A DNA stretch of 64,000 nucleotides from a virus (lineage: Duplodnaviria; Caudoviricetes). The notes below the pieces were generated by a model that saw nothing but the letters and a program-made list of their open reading frames with translations, ran no database searches and had not been told where the DNA came from. Positions 20,025 to 29,475 of this stretch are shown piece after piece. Both the position numbers and the translations under genes were made by a program. The stretch is from the IMG/VR virus record IMGVR_UViG_3300032132_000748; one strand, 5' to 3'. Positions within the stretch are counted from its first letter, which is position 1. Each line of letters begins with the position of its first letter.

Positions 20025-20151
20025 TTGATTATGAATCGGGAACTTTTGGGCCATTTCTACAGCTTATCTTCTTTTATGCTCCAAAATTACTATTTAGTGG
20101 AACACATCACGCTCCTTGGGCTTGTGGTGTGCTATTTATTATAGGTGGGAT

Positions 20152-21525
20152 ATGCAACAAAACCAAAAAGATCGCGAGCCGAAAAACTCAGATCTAAAAC
20201 TTATTGAAAAAGAAAAAATTACCGATCAGATCCAACCTGATGATATGCTCTCGGTATACATGCGGCAGATGGGAAAAATCCCACTCCTTAGCCGCCCTAT
20301 AGAATTACATTTAGCAAAAAAAATCGACCATTTTCGACAAGGAGGCAGGACATTGATCCTGTCTTTTAGTCCTTTCTTTCATGAAGCTGTAGATTTAATT
20401 GATGGGGTGATACAAGGTAAGAACGCCGTGGACCGCACCTTAAAAATTAAAGATACATCCACCTTGTATGAATACGCAACAAGAAAAGAAGAATTACGAG
20501 AGAAATTAAAAGCAAATGTAGGAGAGATTTACACAACTAGCAGTCGAATTCTACTACACACTAATCCTAAAATAATAAGCTCTTATGTGAAACAAGGAGT
20601 TTCTCTTCTCGAAGATTGCGGGCTGCAAATTAAGTTCATCCATAAAATGTATAGAAGATTAATGGAGGTCACTAGAGATTCTTTTTCTGAGAGTGGCTTT
20701 AGGCTTTCTTGGAAAGAATTTGTAAAACGACGACAACTCACAAAATTATTATTTGATGTTTACGAGGATGCAAAGCAGGATTTGGCTAATGGTAATTTAC
20801 GTTTAGTTGTAAGTATTGCTAAGAAATATAGAAATAGCCAGGTCTCCTTTTTAGATATTATTCAAGAAGGTAACGCAGGATTAATGCGGGCTGTTGAGAA
20901 ATATGAATTCAGAAGAGGCTTTAAATTTTCAACATATGCTACTTGGTGGATTAGACAAAGTATAACTAGAAGTTTAAGCGACTCCTCCCGCGTTATTCGA
21001 TTACCTGTTCACATAGTAGAGCAACTCAGTAAAATTGAGAAAGCAGTTAGGAAACTCAGCCAAGAGTCTAATAACGACCCTACACCAGAACAAATAGTTA
21101 ACGAAGTAAGGGTAAACTTCAAACATCCAGATTTTTCATTAAATGATTACTATAGAATACAGAAAGTAGCAAATAGCCCTGTTTCCCTCGATAAGCCAGT
21201 TTCTGGTGATGCAGAAGAAAGTCTTTTTGGTGATCTTTTGGAAGATAAGAGCAACGAGAGTCCCGTACAGCTTGCAGCTAAAAACATGCTCAAAGAGAGA
21301 CTCCTATTAACCATAGACAGTCTTTCTGCCAGAGAAAGAGAAATCATTAAGCTTCGATTTGGTCTTGGTGATGGATATATTTATACACTAGAAGAGGTGG
21401 GTAAAATTTTCAAGGTAACCAGAGAAAGAGTTCGTCAAATTGAAGCCAAGGCTCTGAGAAAGCTTAGACATCCGAGTAGATGTAAAGATTTAGAGAGTTT
21501 CGTGGATAAAAAACAAACCACATAA
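20152..21525 (+). CDS. rpoD: RNA polymerase sigma-70 factor (RpoD-like)
   Basis: Region 1.2 YMRQMGKIPLLS, region 2 NLRLVVSIAKKY and GFKFSTYATWWIRQ, region 4 TLEEVGKIFKVTRERVRQIEAKALRKLRHPSR. Confidence 0.95.
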   Translation: MQQNQKDREPKNSDLKLIEKEKITDQIQPDDMLSVYMRQMGKIPLLSRPIELHLAKKIDHFRQGGRTLILSFSPFFHEAVDLIDGVIQGKNAVDRTLKIKDTSTLYEYATRKEELREKLKANVGEIYTTSSRILLHTNPKIISSYVKQGVSLLEDCGLQIKFIHKMYRRLMEVTRDSFSESGFRLSWKEFVKRRQLTKLLFDVYEDAKQDLANGNLRLVVSIAKKYRNSQVSFLDIIQEGNAGLMRAVEKYEFRRGFKFSTYATWWIRQSITRSLSDSSRVIRLPVHIVEQLSKIEKAVRKLSQESNNDPTPEQIVNEVRVNFKHPDFSLNDYYRIQKVANSPVSLDKPVSGDAEESLFGDLLEDKSNESPVQLAAKNMLKERLLLTIDSLSAREREIIKLRFGLGDGYIYTLEEVGKIFKVTRERVRQIEAKALRKLRHPSRCKDLESFVDKKQTT

Positions 21526-21575
21526 CATTGATATTTTAGATATTCCGCTTACCCTATTCAAATAGGAGCAGCAGA

Positions 21576-22040
21576 ATGCAACCAGTAACTCAACCTACCG
21601 TCAAAGTTCAACTTCTTTGTGATGAGGCTCAGCTTCCCGTAAGGAAGCACGCAACTGATGCAGGAATGGACATCCATTCGTGTGAAGAAATCCTAATTAA
21701 GGCATTCGATCCGAACGGCCCCGAAGAGGGGCATCGAGTTATGGTTCGCACAGGGCTAGCTTTTGGTATTCCTTATGGAACAGGAATGTTTATTTGGGAT
21801 CGTTCTGGGATGGCAGCTAAGCACGGAATACATAGAGTAGCCGGAGTATTAGACGAGTCCTACACGGGTGAGCTAAAAATTGCTCTCGTTAATCTATCTA
21901 ATAAAGACTATCTCATTAAGGTAGGAGACAGAATTGCTCAAGCTGTCATCTCCCCGGTATTACTCCCTACTTTAAAACAAGTTGATCTCTTAGAAGAGAC
22001 TATCCGAGGCTCGGGCGGCTTTGGAAGCACTGGGCGTTAA
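21576..22040 (+). CDS. dut: Trimeric dUTPase
   Basis: AGMDI, RSGMA, GVLDESYTGE, GDRIAQ, RGSGGFGSTG. Confidence 0.95.
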   Translation: MQPVTQPTVKVQLLCDEAQLPVRKHATDAGMDIHSCEEILIKAFDPNGPEEGHRVMVRTGLAFGIPYGTGMFIWDRSGMAAKHGIHRVAGVLDESYTGELKIALVNLSNKDYLIKVGDRIAQAVISPVLLPTLKQVDLLEETIRGSGGFGSTGR

Positions 22041-22282
22041 TGATCGAAATCAAAGTAGAAAAAGACGAAACAAAGAAAAATAATTGGCATTTGATACTAC
22101 ACTTGGGGTTTTCATCATTCATTCCTCTCTATGGGGAGTTTTCTACCGAAGAGCAGGCCCAGGATCAAGCTGATGTTTATAACAAAGACTTAGAAAGGAC
22201 GCTTAAAGGTTGGTGTGCGGGCGAGGTTCGCGATGCAGTTAACACTAAATGGCTCCAATCAGCCTTAAAAGGAAAAATATAG
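22040..22282 (+). CDS. Hypothetical protein
   Basis: 80-aa ORF coupled to dut by TAATG overlap. Confidence 0.6.
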   Translation: MIEIKVEKDETKKNNWHLILHLGFSSFIPLYGEFSTEEQAQDQADVYNKDLERTLKGWCAGEVRDAVNTKWLQSALKGKI

Positions 22283-22743
22283 TGCAACAGTTTGATGACT
22301 ATCAAAAATTTACGGAAGTAACTGTATCCTATCCTGAAGATTCTGCTATTGGCTATACTGTTATGGGCCTAATAGGAGAAACAGGCGAGTATGCCGAGAA
22401 AATAATGGATCTTACTGATCAAGTCAGTAAAGTTCAACCTGACGAAGAAGAAGCTTTTCAGGAATTAAAAGAGATTCTAGCACAAGCTATAGAGGTTGGC
22501 CATCGAGCCGAGGTTCTCAAAAAACAATTAAGAGCACGAAAAGCTAGAATCCCAAATATTATTATTTGGGGTAGCGATCAACGTGATAATCTACAAAAAG
22601 AAATGGGAGACGTGCTTTGGTATTGTACTAGAGCAACTTGCGCTCTAGGTATGAAACTATCTGAAGTTGTAGATAATAACGTTTCAAAATTGATAAGCAG
22701 ACTTAAACGTGGTGTAATACAAGGAGAAGGGGACAACCGTTGA
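22282..22743 (+). CDS. MazG-like nucleotide pyrophosphohydrolase
   Basis: GLIGETGEYAEK, KEMGDVLWY, NVSKLISRLKRGVIQGEGDNR; likely GTG start at 22282. Confidence 0.88.
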   Translation: MQQFDDYQKFTEVTVSYPEDSAIGYTVMGLIGETGEYAEKIMDLTDQVSKVQPDEEEAFQELKEILAQAIEVGHRAEVLKKQLRARKARIPNIIIWGSDQRDNLQKEMGDVLWYCTRATCALGMKLSEVVDNNVSKLISRLKRGVIQGEGDNR

Positions 22744-23498
22744 TATCACGCATTGTTATAAATCTCTGTGGAAGAAAGAGAACCGGAAAAGAATCAGCAT
22801 TTAAGGTGATACAACCTTATGTAGATCGACCAGGAGAGTTTCAGTTCGCAACCCCGCTTAAAAAGTTCTGTATTGAAGTGTTGGGGCTAACTCAGGATCA
22901 ATGCTATGGAACTTCTGCGGATCGAGAAACCCCTACCAAGTATAATTGGTCCTGGGTTGATAGCGATATAAGAAAGAAATACGGAAAACCGGATGAGCAG
23001 GTTATGACTGCCAGAGATGTTCTCCAAGTGGTTGGAACAGATTTGATGCGACAGAAATTCTACAGAAATGTCTGGGCAGAAGCAGGGATTAGAGAGGCCG
23101 TTAATTCGACGGCTAATACCTGTATCTTCACCGATGGTCGGTTTCCTAATGAACTAGATTCTAGTCGAGACGCCTGGACCATGGACCAATCTTTTATGCC
23201 ATCGTCCATTGTTGTTCGATTGTATAGAGATACCGGACTCAGTGATGGCCATGATTCTGAAACAGCGCTAGATATATACGACATAGAGCCAAACCAAAGA
23301 AGAATAGCCCCAGAACACAGAAACAAGCTTATTGAAAGAGGATATCGAGAGATCAATGAGTCACTTTGGGAGTCTGATAGTAGTGAACTCCCTTTTGATT
23401 ACTTACTAGATAATAACTCTACGATAGAAAGTCTTCAAACCAACATTTTCTTTATTTTAAAGAAACGAGCAATCTTGGTGGAGCCAAGTTTGTCGTAG
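22740..23498 (+). CDS. Deoxynucleoside monophosphate kinase
   Basis: P-loop GRKRTGKES, FATPLK, RDVLQVVGTDLMR, TDGRFPNE, HDSE. Confidence 0.88.
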   Translation: MISRIVINLCGRKRTGKESAFKVIQPYVDRPGEFQFATPLKKFCIEVLGLTQDQCYGTSADRETPTKYNWSWVDSDIRKKYGKPDEQVMTARDVLQVVGTDLMRQKFYRNVWAEAGIREAVNSTANTCIFTDGRFPNELDSSRDAWTMDQSFMPSSIVVRLYRDTGLSDGHDSETALDIYDIEPNQRRIAPEHRNKLIERGYREINESLWESDSSELPFDYLLDNNSTIESLQTNIFFILKKRAILVEPSLS

Positions 23499-23506
23499 GA
23501 GGAGTC

Positions 23507-23851
23507 TTGATAGAACTGAATATTAGAGCCGAGGATAAGTTCGGCATGGATTGGATAGGTAAGGAAGGCGATCCTTACACTATTTGTTTTACAATTGGAG
23601 GAATTACCTTCAAAAGCCCTAAGATGGCCCGCAAAGAAGCCGAAGCTATGAAAGAGGCTATCTGGGGCCTGACTCGGCACGAATGCCAACATCCTAAGGT
23701 CATACCTACTTTTGATGAAGACGCAGCTAAAGACCTAGGAACAGAAGAAATACGTAAACACTGGCCAAGGTTCTTCGGCAAGTGTCCAGATTGCGATTTT
23801 AACGGTATTATGTATGCCAGCTACGCCCACTACATTTTTGGCGACTGGTAA
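23507..23851 (+). CDS. Hypothetical protein
   Basis: GGAGGAG Shine-Dalgarno site; CPDC; ends YASYAHYIFGDW. Confidence 0.65.
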   Translation: MIELNIRAEDKFGMDWIGKEGDPYTICFTIGGITFKSPKMARKEAEAMKEAIWGLTRHECQHPKVIPTFDEDAAKDLGTEEIRKHWPRFFGKCPDCDFNGIMYASYAHYIFGDW

Positions 23852-24021
23852 TGAAACATTGTAGGTGGTGTTCTTTATGTTCTCCTGGGGGGAGATGCGC
23901 TGACTGGATTGTTAGCGGCGGAGAGAGTTTTTGTTGCATCAGATGCTATGAAAGATTTACAGAAGAGCACGGCCAAGCTAAGAATATACTTAGAAAACTT
24001 TTAAGACACAGATGCAAATAA
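23851..24021 (+). CDS. Small Cys-rich protein (not in the ORF track)
   Basis: 56 aa MKHCRWCSLC...CCIRC..., coupled by TAATG overlap. Confidence 0.45.
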   Translation: MKHCRWCSLCSPGGRCADWIVSGGESFCCIRCYERFTEEHGQAKNILRKLLRHRCK

Positions 24022-24407
24022 TATCAACAGGATCAGGACCTTTTAAGGGGGATAAAACCTTTACTATGGTTCTCCCCGCAGGAACGTGGAACATTATTGG
24101 CGGGATTCAGGTCAATAGCACTGCGAGATCCTCGGGAAGAATTTCCATCCAAGAGCACCTGCACCGAACTCAAGGTGCTCGAAGGTTTCAATGGTATACA
24201 CGAAAGCGCGGGATACAGCATTTCACCCCAGGGTTTGTTTTACATCTAGATAAAGATACCATAATTGATATTAGGTTTGAAACAACGGGAGGTAGCCCAG
24301 AACTTGAAACGTATATTAGTTGCACTTTTTTGGCGGAGACAAAGCAAAAATGCAACTGCGATATGCAACTACTAATAGCACAAGGATGTAAATGTGGTGG
24401 AACGTAA
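24012..24407 (+). CDS. Hypothetical protein with C-terminal CxC-x7-GCxCGG motif
   Basis: Ends CNCDMQLLIAQGCKCGGT. Confidence 0.7.
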   Translation: MQIISTGSGPFKGDKTFTMVLPAGTWNIIGGIQVNSTARSSGRISIQEHLHRTQGARRFQWYTRKRGIQHFTPGFVLHLDKDTIIDIRFETTGGSPELETYISCTFLAETKQKCNCDMQLLIAQGCKCGGT

Positions 24408-24678
24408 AAAAGCCTTAGACGAATACTTACTAGAACATATAGAAGATTATCAAAGAGCTACAATCGTATATGACATTGATGGCCCAATAGGTATCAGTGA
24501 AAGCGACAACGCTTGGATATCTTTATTAGCAGCCCAAGATAGGCATGATGATACACGAGATTTATCGTGGATTAATATATCTGAATTGAATACAGCAATT
24601 GCTTTACGAGAAGCCCTTGACCGGTTTATAGCCAAAAAAGAGAAAGAACGATGCCAGAAGGCCCAGAATGCCAATTAG
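24394..24678 (+). CDS. Hypothetical protein
   Basis: 94-aa ORF in operon context. Confidence 0.5.
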   Translation: MVERKKALDEYLLEHIEDYQRATIVYDIDGPIGISESDNAWISLLAAQDRHDDTRDLSWINISELNTAIALREALDRFIAKKEKERCQKAQNAN

Positions 24679-25493
24679 TAGCCGATGCGGTCAAAGAGCA
24701 TTGTGAAGAACTCTTTGAATCGGCTGAGATAGTAGAAAATGTTCCAGGGAAACTTCACAGGTATTCCAGAAAACCCCCTAAGAACTTTTCAGAACTTCAA
24801 AATAAGCAATGGATCCTAAAAAACGCTTATACAAAAGGCAAGCTTATCTTTTTCGATATTGAAATCTATAAGACCGGAAAGAAGTGGGTAGGTCTTTCTA
24901 CTTTAGGGATGTCAGGCGACTGGAGGTTTAACTCCTCGGGTCATAAACATGCTCGACTTTCGTTCATTAGAGAACGAGGAGACCTTAGCCTAGTTGACGT
25001 TCGTTGTTTCGGAACCTTCCGGCTAGTAACCCCGGAAGAAGCTAGAGAAGCTAAGAACAAAATAGGCTGGGATTTACTTAAAGCCCCTATGCCCGAACCA
25101 GCCTGGGATCTTCTTAAACTTAACAAGAAGATCAAAGATAAACCTGTTGGGGAAATCTTGTTAAACCAAAACCTCTTTTCTGGGATTGGAAATATCTATA
25201 AATGCGAAACCATGTATGAAATAGGCATCAACCCTAAGCACACAGTAAGTTTTCTTCCCAAAGGTACGTGGAAAAAAATCAACATTACTGCCCACCAGAT
25301 TTTACAGAAAGCTTATGAGCTAGAAGGCTCTTCTATCGTTGATTTCACTGCTAACGGGGTGGAAGGTAAAGCACAGACTGTATTAAAGATTTACGGAAAA
25401 AAGAAGTGCCCTAGAGGTCACGAAGTTAGCACTATCAAACAAGGCAAAGGTTCAAATGAAAGAACTACCTGGTATTGTAAGAAGTGCTTGTAG
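24651..25493 (+). CDS. Fpg/Nei DNA glycosylase
   Basis: N-terminal MPEGPE, KGK, LGMSG, DVRCFG, H2TH SGIGNIY, C-terminal zinc finger with RTTWYC. Confidence 0.93.
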   Translation: MPEGPECQLVADAVKEHCEELFESAEIVENVPGKLHRYSRKPPKNFSELQNKQWILKNAYTKGKLIFFDIEIYKTGKKWVGLSTLGMSGDWRFNSSGHKHARLSFIRERGDLSLVDVRCFGTFRLVTPEEAREAKNKIGWDLLKAPMPEPAWDLLKLNKKIKDKPVGEILLNQNLFSGIGNIYKCETMYEIGINPKHTVSFLPKGTWKKINITAHQILQKAYELEGSSIVDFTANGVEGKAQTVLKIYGKKKCPRGHEVSTIKQGKGSNERTTWYCKKCL

Positions 25494-25500
25494 GTAACAT

Positions 25501-26391
25501 ATGCAAAAACACGAAGAATTCCAATACTTAGAGCTACTAGCCGATATAATGAACAACGGTGTAGACAAAGGTGATCGAACCGGCACCGGAAATCGATACG
25601 TCTTTTCAAGACACATGCGATTCTCTTTGCGCGATCAGTTCCCGATTCTAACTACTAAACGTGTTTACTGGCGAGGAATTGTTGAGGAATTGTTGTTCTT
25701 TCTTCGAGGGGATACCAATAGTCTCCATCTCGAAGAGAAGAAAGTAAATATCTGGAAAGGTAACACTCGACGAGAATTCCTAGACAACAAAGGTCTGAAT
25801 ATGCTACCGGAGGGTGATATAGGAACTTCCTACTCCCATCAATGGCGCAATTTTTCAGGAGAACATCCTCTTATCCCAGAAACAAAAGGGATGAAAGGGT
25901 TTGATCAAGTTAAATACGTTCTAGAAATGCTTAAAACCAACCCACTTGACCGAAGAATGATTATTAGCGGATGGAACCCTGCGCAGTTGAAGTATATGTC
26001 GCTCCCTCCTTGCCACCTGGTTTACCTGTTCAACGTTAATCCAGAGACTAATGAGCTAAATTGTCATATGACGCAACGTAGTTGTGATACCTTTTTAGGC
26101 GTGCCCTTCAACTTAAGTTCAATGGCATTAATGACTTATCTTTTTGCAGAAGTTTCTGGCTTTAAGCCGGGAGAGATAAGCTGGCTCGGGGTAGACGTTC
26201 ATCTCTACAAAGATCATATCGAGTCAGGAGTTGTCACCGAACAGGTGATGAGAGATCCTCGATCCTTCCCAACACTAAACATCAAAAAAGAACTTAACTC
26301 TCTTGAAGACATCGAAGCTCTCACTTATGAAGATTTAGAGTTAGTAGGCTACAAACCACACAAAAAACTTAAAGCCAAAATGGCTGTATAG
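25501..26391 (+). CDS. thyA: Thymidylate synthase
   Basis: DRTGTG, FPILTTKR, DRRMIISGWNP, LPPCH, QRSCDTFLGVPFN, DVHLY. Confidence 0.97.
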   Translation: MQKHEEFQYLELLADIMNNGVDKGDRTGTGNRYVFSRHMRFSLRDQFPILTTKRVYWRGIVEELLFFLRGDTNSLHLEEKKVNIWKGNTRREFLDNKGLNMLPEGDIGTSYSHQWRNFSGEHPLIPETKGMKGFDQVKYVLEMLKTNPLDRRMIISGWNPAQLKYMSLPPCHLVYLFNVNPETNELNCHMTQRSCDTFLGVPFNLSSMALMTYLFAEVSGFKPGEISWLGVDVHLYKDHIESGVVTEQVMRDPRSFPTLNIKKELNSLEDIEALTYEDLELVGYKPHKKLKAKMAV

Positions 26392-26400
26392 GAGAATATT

Positions 26401-26688
26401 ATGTCATGCTACTACCCACCTAATTGGAAAAACAATTCTATAAAACAACTTCACGAAGAGATCAAACAGATACTCGCTTATGAGCCTCCGCGATATATGA
26501 CAAATTTTGGATCTAATCTATGGAAAACGCACACACCTGTTGTAATTAACGTTAATTTTGATGCTATAGGAAAAAATACTGCATATGATTTTAAAACCAT
26601 CAAAGTTGAAAATTTCTTCAAACCACGTAAATGCTCCTGTAAAACACAAACACTAATGGCCTGTGGTTGTCAGTGTGGTGGTGTCTAA
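26401..26688 (+). CDS. Hypothetical protein with C-terminal CxC-x7-GCxCGG motif
   Basis: Ends CSCKTQTLMACGCQCGGV; AGGAG Shine-Dalgarno site. Confidence 0.7.
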   Translation: MSCYYPPNWKNNSIKQLHEEIKQILAYEPPRYMTNFGSNLWKTHTPVVINVNFDAIGKNTAYDFKTIKVENFFKPRKCSCKTQTLMACGCQCGGV

Positions 26689-26701
26689 TTAAAATGGACT
26701 A

Positions 26702-27055
26702 ATGAAGTTAGTCGAAATAGAATCCCCCTTTGCTGGACCCACAGTCGAAGATATAGAAAAAAATATTGAATATGCGAGAGCTTGTATGAGTGATTGTCTC
26801 CATCGAGGCGAGGCCCCCCTAGCCTCGCATATTCTATATACACAAAAAGGAATACTTGACGATACGATTCCCGAAGAAAGAAAACTTGGGATGGAAGCAG
26901 GTAAAGCCTGGTCTAAACTCGCTGAACTGGTCGTTGTTTATACTGACCGAGGCATGAGTAAAGGAATGAAGTGGGGTGTTGCGGAGGCAGAGAAGCATGG
27001 TATAACGGTTGAATACCGTAGTCTGCCGGAGTGGGTAGACTCTAATAATTCCTAG
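26702..27055 (+). CDS. Conserved phage protein, nucleoside 2-deoxyribosyltransferase-like fold
   Basis: IESPFAG, RGEAPLASH, VVYTDRGMSKGM. Confidence 0.7.
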   Translation: MKLVEIESPFAGPTVEDIEKNIEYARACMSDCLHRGEAPLASHILYTQKGILDDTIPEERKLGMEAGKAWSKLAELVVVYTDRGMSKGMKWGVAEAEKHGITVEYRSLPEWVDSNNS

Positions 27056-27129
27056 AGATCTGACGACAGGCCCTTGAGGCTCGGGCGTCTAAGGAGATAC
27101 CAGCCAAGAAGGTCTGGTAGGAGAATATC

Positions 27130-28326
<1,197 letters not shown>

Positions 28327-28343
28327 AATAGGGAGAAATCATT

Positions 28344-28374
28344 GAAATAGGTCGCTTCGGCGGCCTATTTCTTT
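28344..28374 (+). terminator. Intrinsic terminator after tuf
   Basis: GAAATAGGTCGC-TTCG-GCGGCCTATTTC-TTT with a cUUCGg loop. Confidence 0.85.
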
Positions 28375-28420
28375 GTACCGACATATCTTGTTGAAGTTAA
28401 GAAATCATATATCATGCAGT

Positions 28421-28987
28421 ATGATTAAACCTGAGAAACCTAGAAAACCAAAAAAACCAAAACCAGCAAAACCAACTCGAAGTATCACTGACATTTATTA
28501 TCTCTACCAAGTAACTGAATGGAAAGGGGAATATCCTGATGGTAAGAGTGTCACGTCCTATCAACTTATAGAAGATGACCTTATTCCGATGGCATACTTT
28601 GATAATGACGGCAGAGAAGTTTCAAAAGAAGATTATGATGATGAAACAGGTTACAGTGATTATGCTGGGGATTACGCTAAAATAGAGAATATCCAGTTAA
28701 CTGATTTGCTAAACTTGCTAAAAGAAAATAGTATCGATATTAAAGACGTTGAGGTTGATAACGAGTTTTACTACCGTAAGAACAACGGACAGTTAATCCT
28801 TCGGGTAGCCAGGCAGCTCAGTGATCAAGACTATAACAATTGGGTTAAAAATAACGAGGATCAGATGAAACAATATGAATTAGATATGGAAAAGTATCCA
28901 AAGTTCTTAGCTCAATATGAAAAACTTAAAAAGAAATGGGATATTTTTCAAACTGAAAAGAAATTAAAGGAACTAAAAGCAAAATGA
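28421..28987 (+). CDS. Hypothetical protein
   Basis: ORF with KP-rich N-terminus and coiled C-terminus; ATG 28421. Confidence 0.65.
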   Translation: MIKPEKPRKPKKPKPAKPTRSITDIYYLYQVTEWKGEYPDGKSVTSYQLIEDDLIPMAYFDNDGREVSKEDYDDETGYSDYAGDYAKIENIQLTDLLNLLKENSIDIKDVEVDNEFYYRKNNGQLILRVARQLSDQDYNNWVKNNEDQMKQYELDMEKYPKFLAQYEKLKKKWDIFQTEKKLKELKAK

Positions 28988-29475
28988 GCTTATCCCTAAT
29001 CGTCGCAATGGATCCCAACCGTGTAATAGGTAAAGATAATGATTTACCTTGGCCTCGTATCAAAGAAGATATGAAATTCTTTAGAAAGACTACCATAAAC
29101 CATGTAGTAATAATGGGTAGAAAAACCTGGGACTCTATCTTTGCAGGAATTGGTAAGCCCCTCCCCAAACGAAACAATTTCGTTGTTTCGAGACAAGAAG
29201 GTTTGAAAATCGAAGGCTGTACAGTCTTTAGTTCGTTTGACGAGGCAGTAAGGATTGCGTTGGAGATTGATCCCAGTCCGATGATTATCGGAGGTTCAGC
29301 TATCTATGAGCTAGCCCTACCTAAAGTAACTTGCATGTATATTACAAAAGTAGCCAAGGAATATGAGGGAGATACTTTCTTTCCTGAGTTTGACAAGGAA
29401 GCATGGAAAGAGGAGATTATCAAAGATACGGATGAAGCTGTTTATACAAAAGCTCTAAGAAGAACTGGCCTTTAG
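28984..29475 (+). CDS. folA: Dihydrofolate reductase
   Basis: IVAMDPNRVIG..LPW, DMKFFR, MGRKTWDS, PLPKRNN, IIGGSAIY, GDTFFP. Confidence 0.96.
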   Translation: MSLSLIVAMDPNRVIGKDNDLPWPRIKEDMKFFRKTTINHVVIMGRKTWDSIFAGIGKPLPKRNNFVVSRQEGLKIEGCTVFSSFDEAVRIALEIDPSPMIIGGSAIYELALPKVTCMYITKVAKEYEGDTFFPEFDKEAWKEEIIKDTDEAVYTKALRRTGL

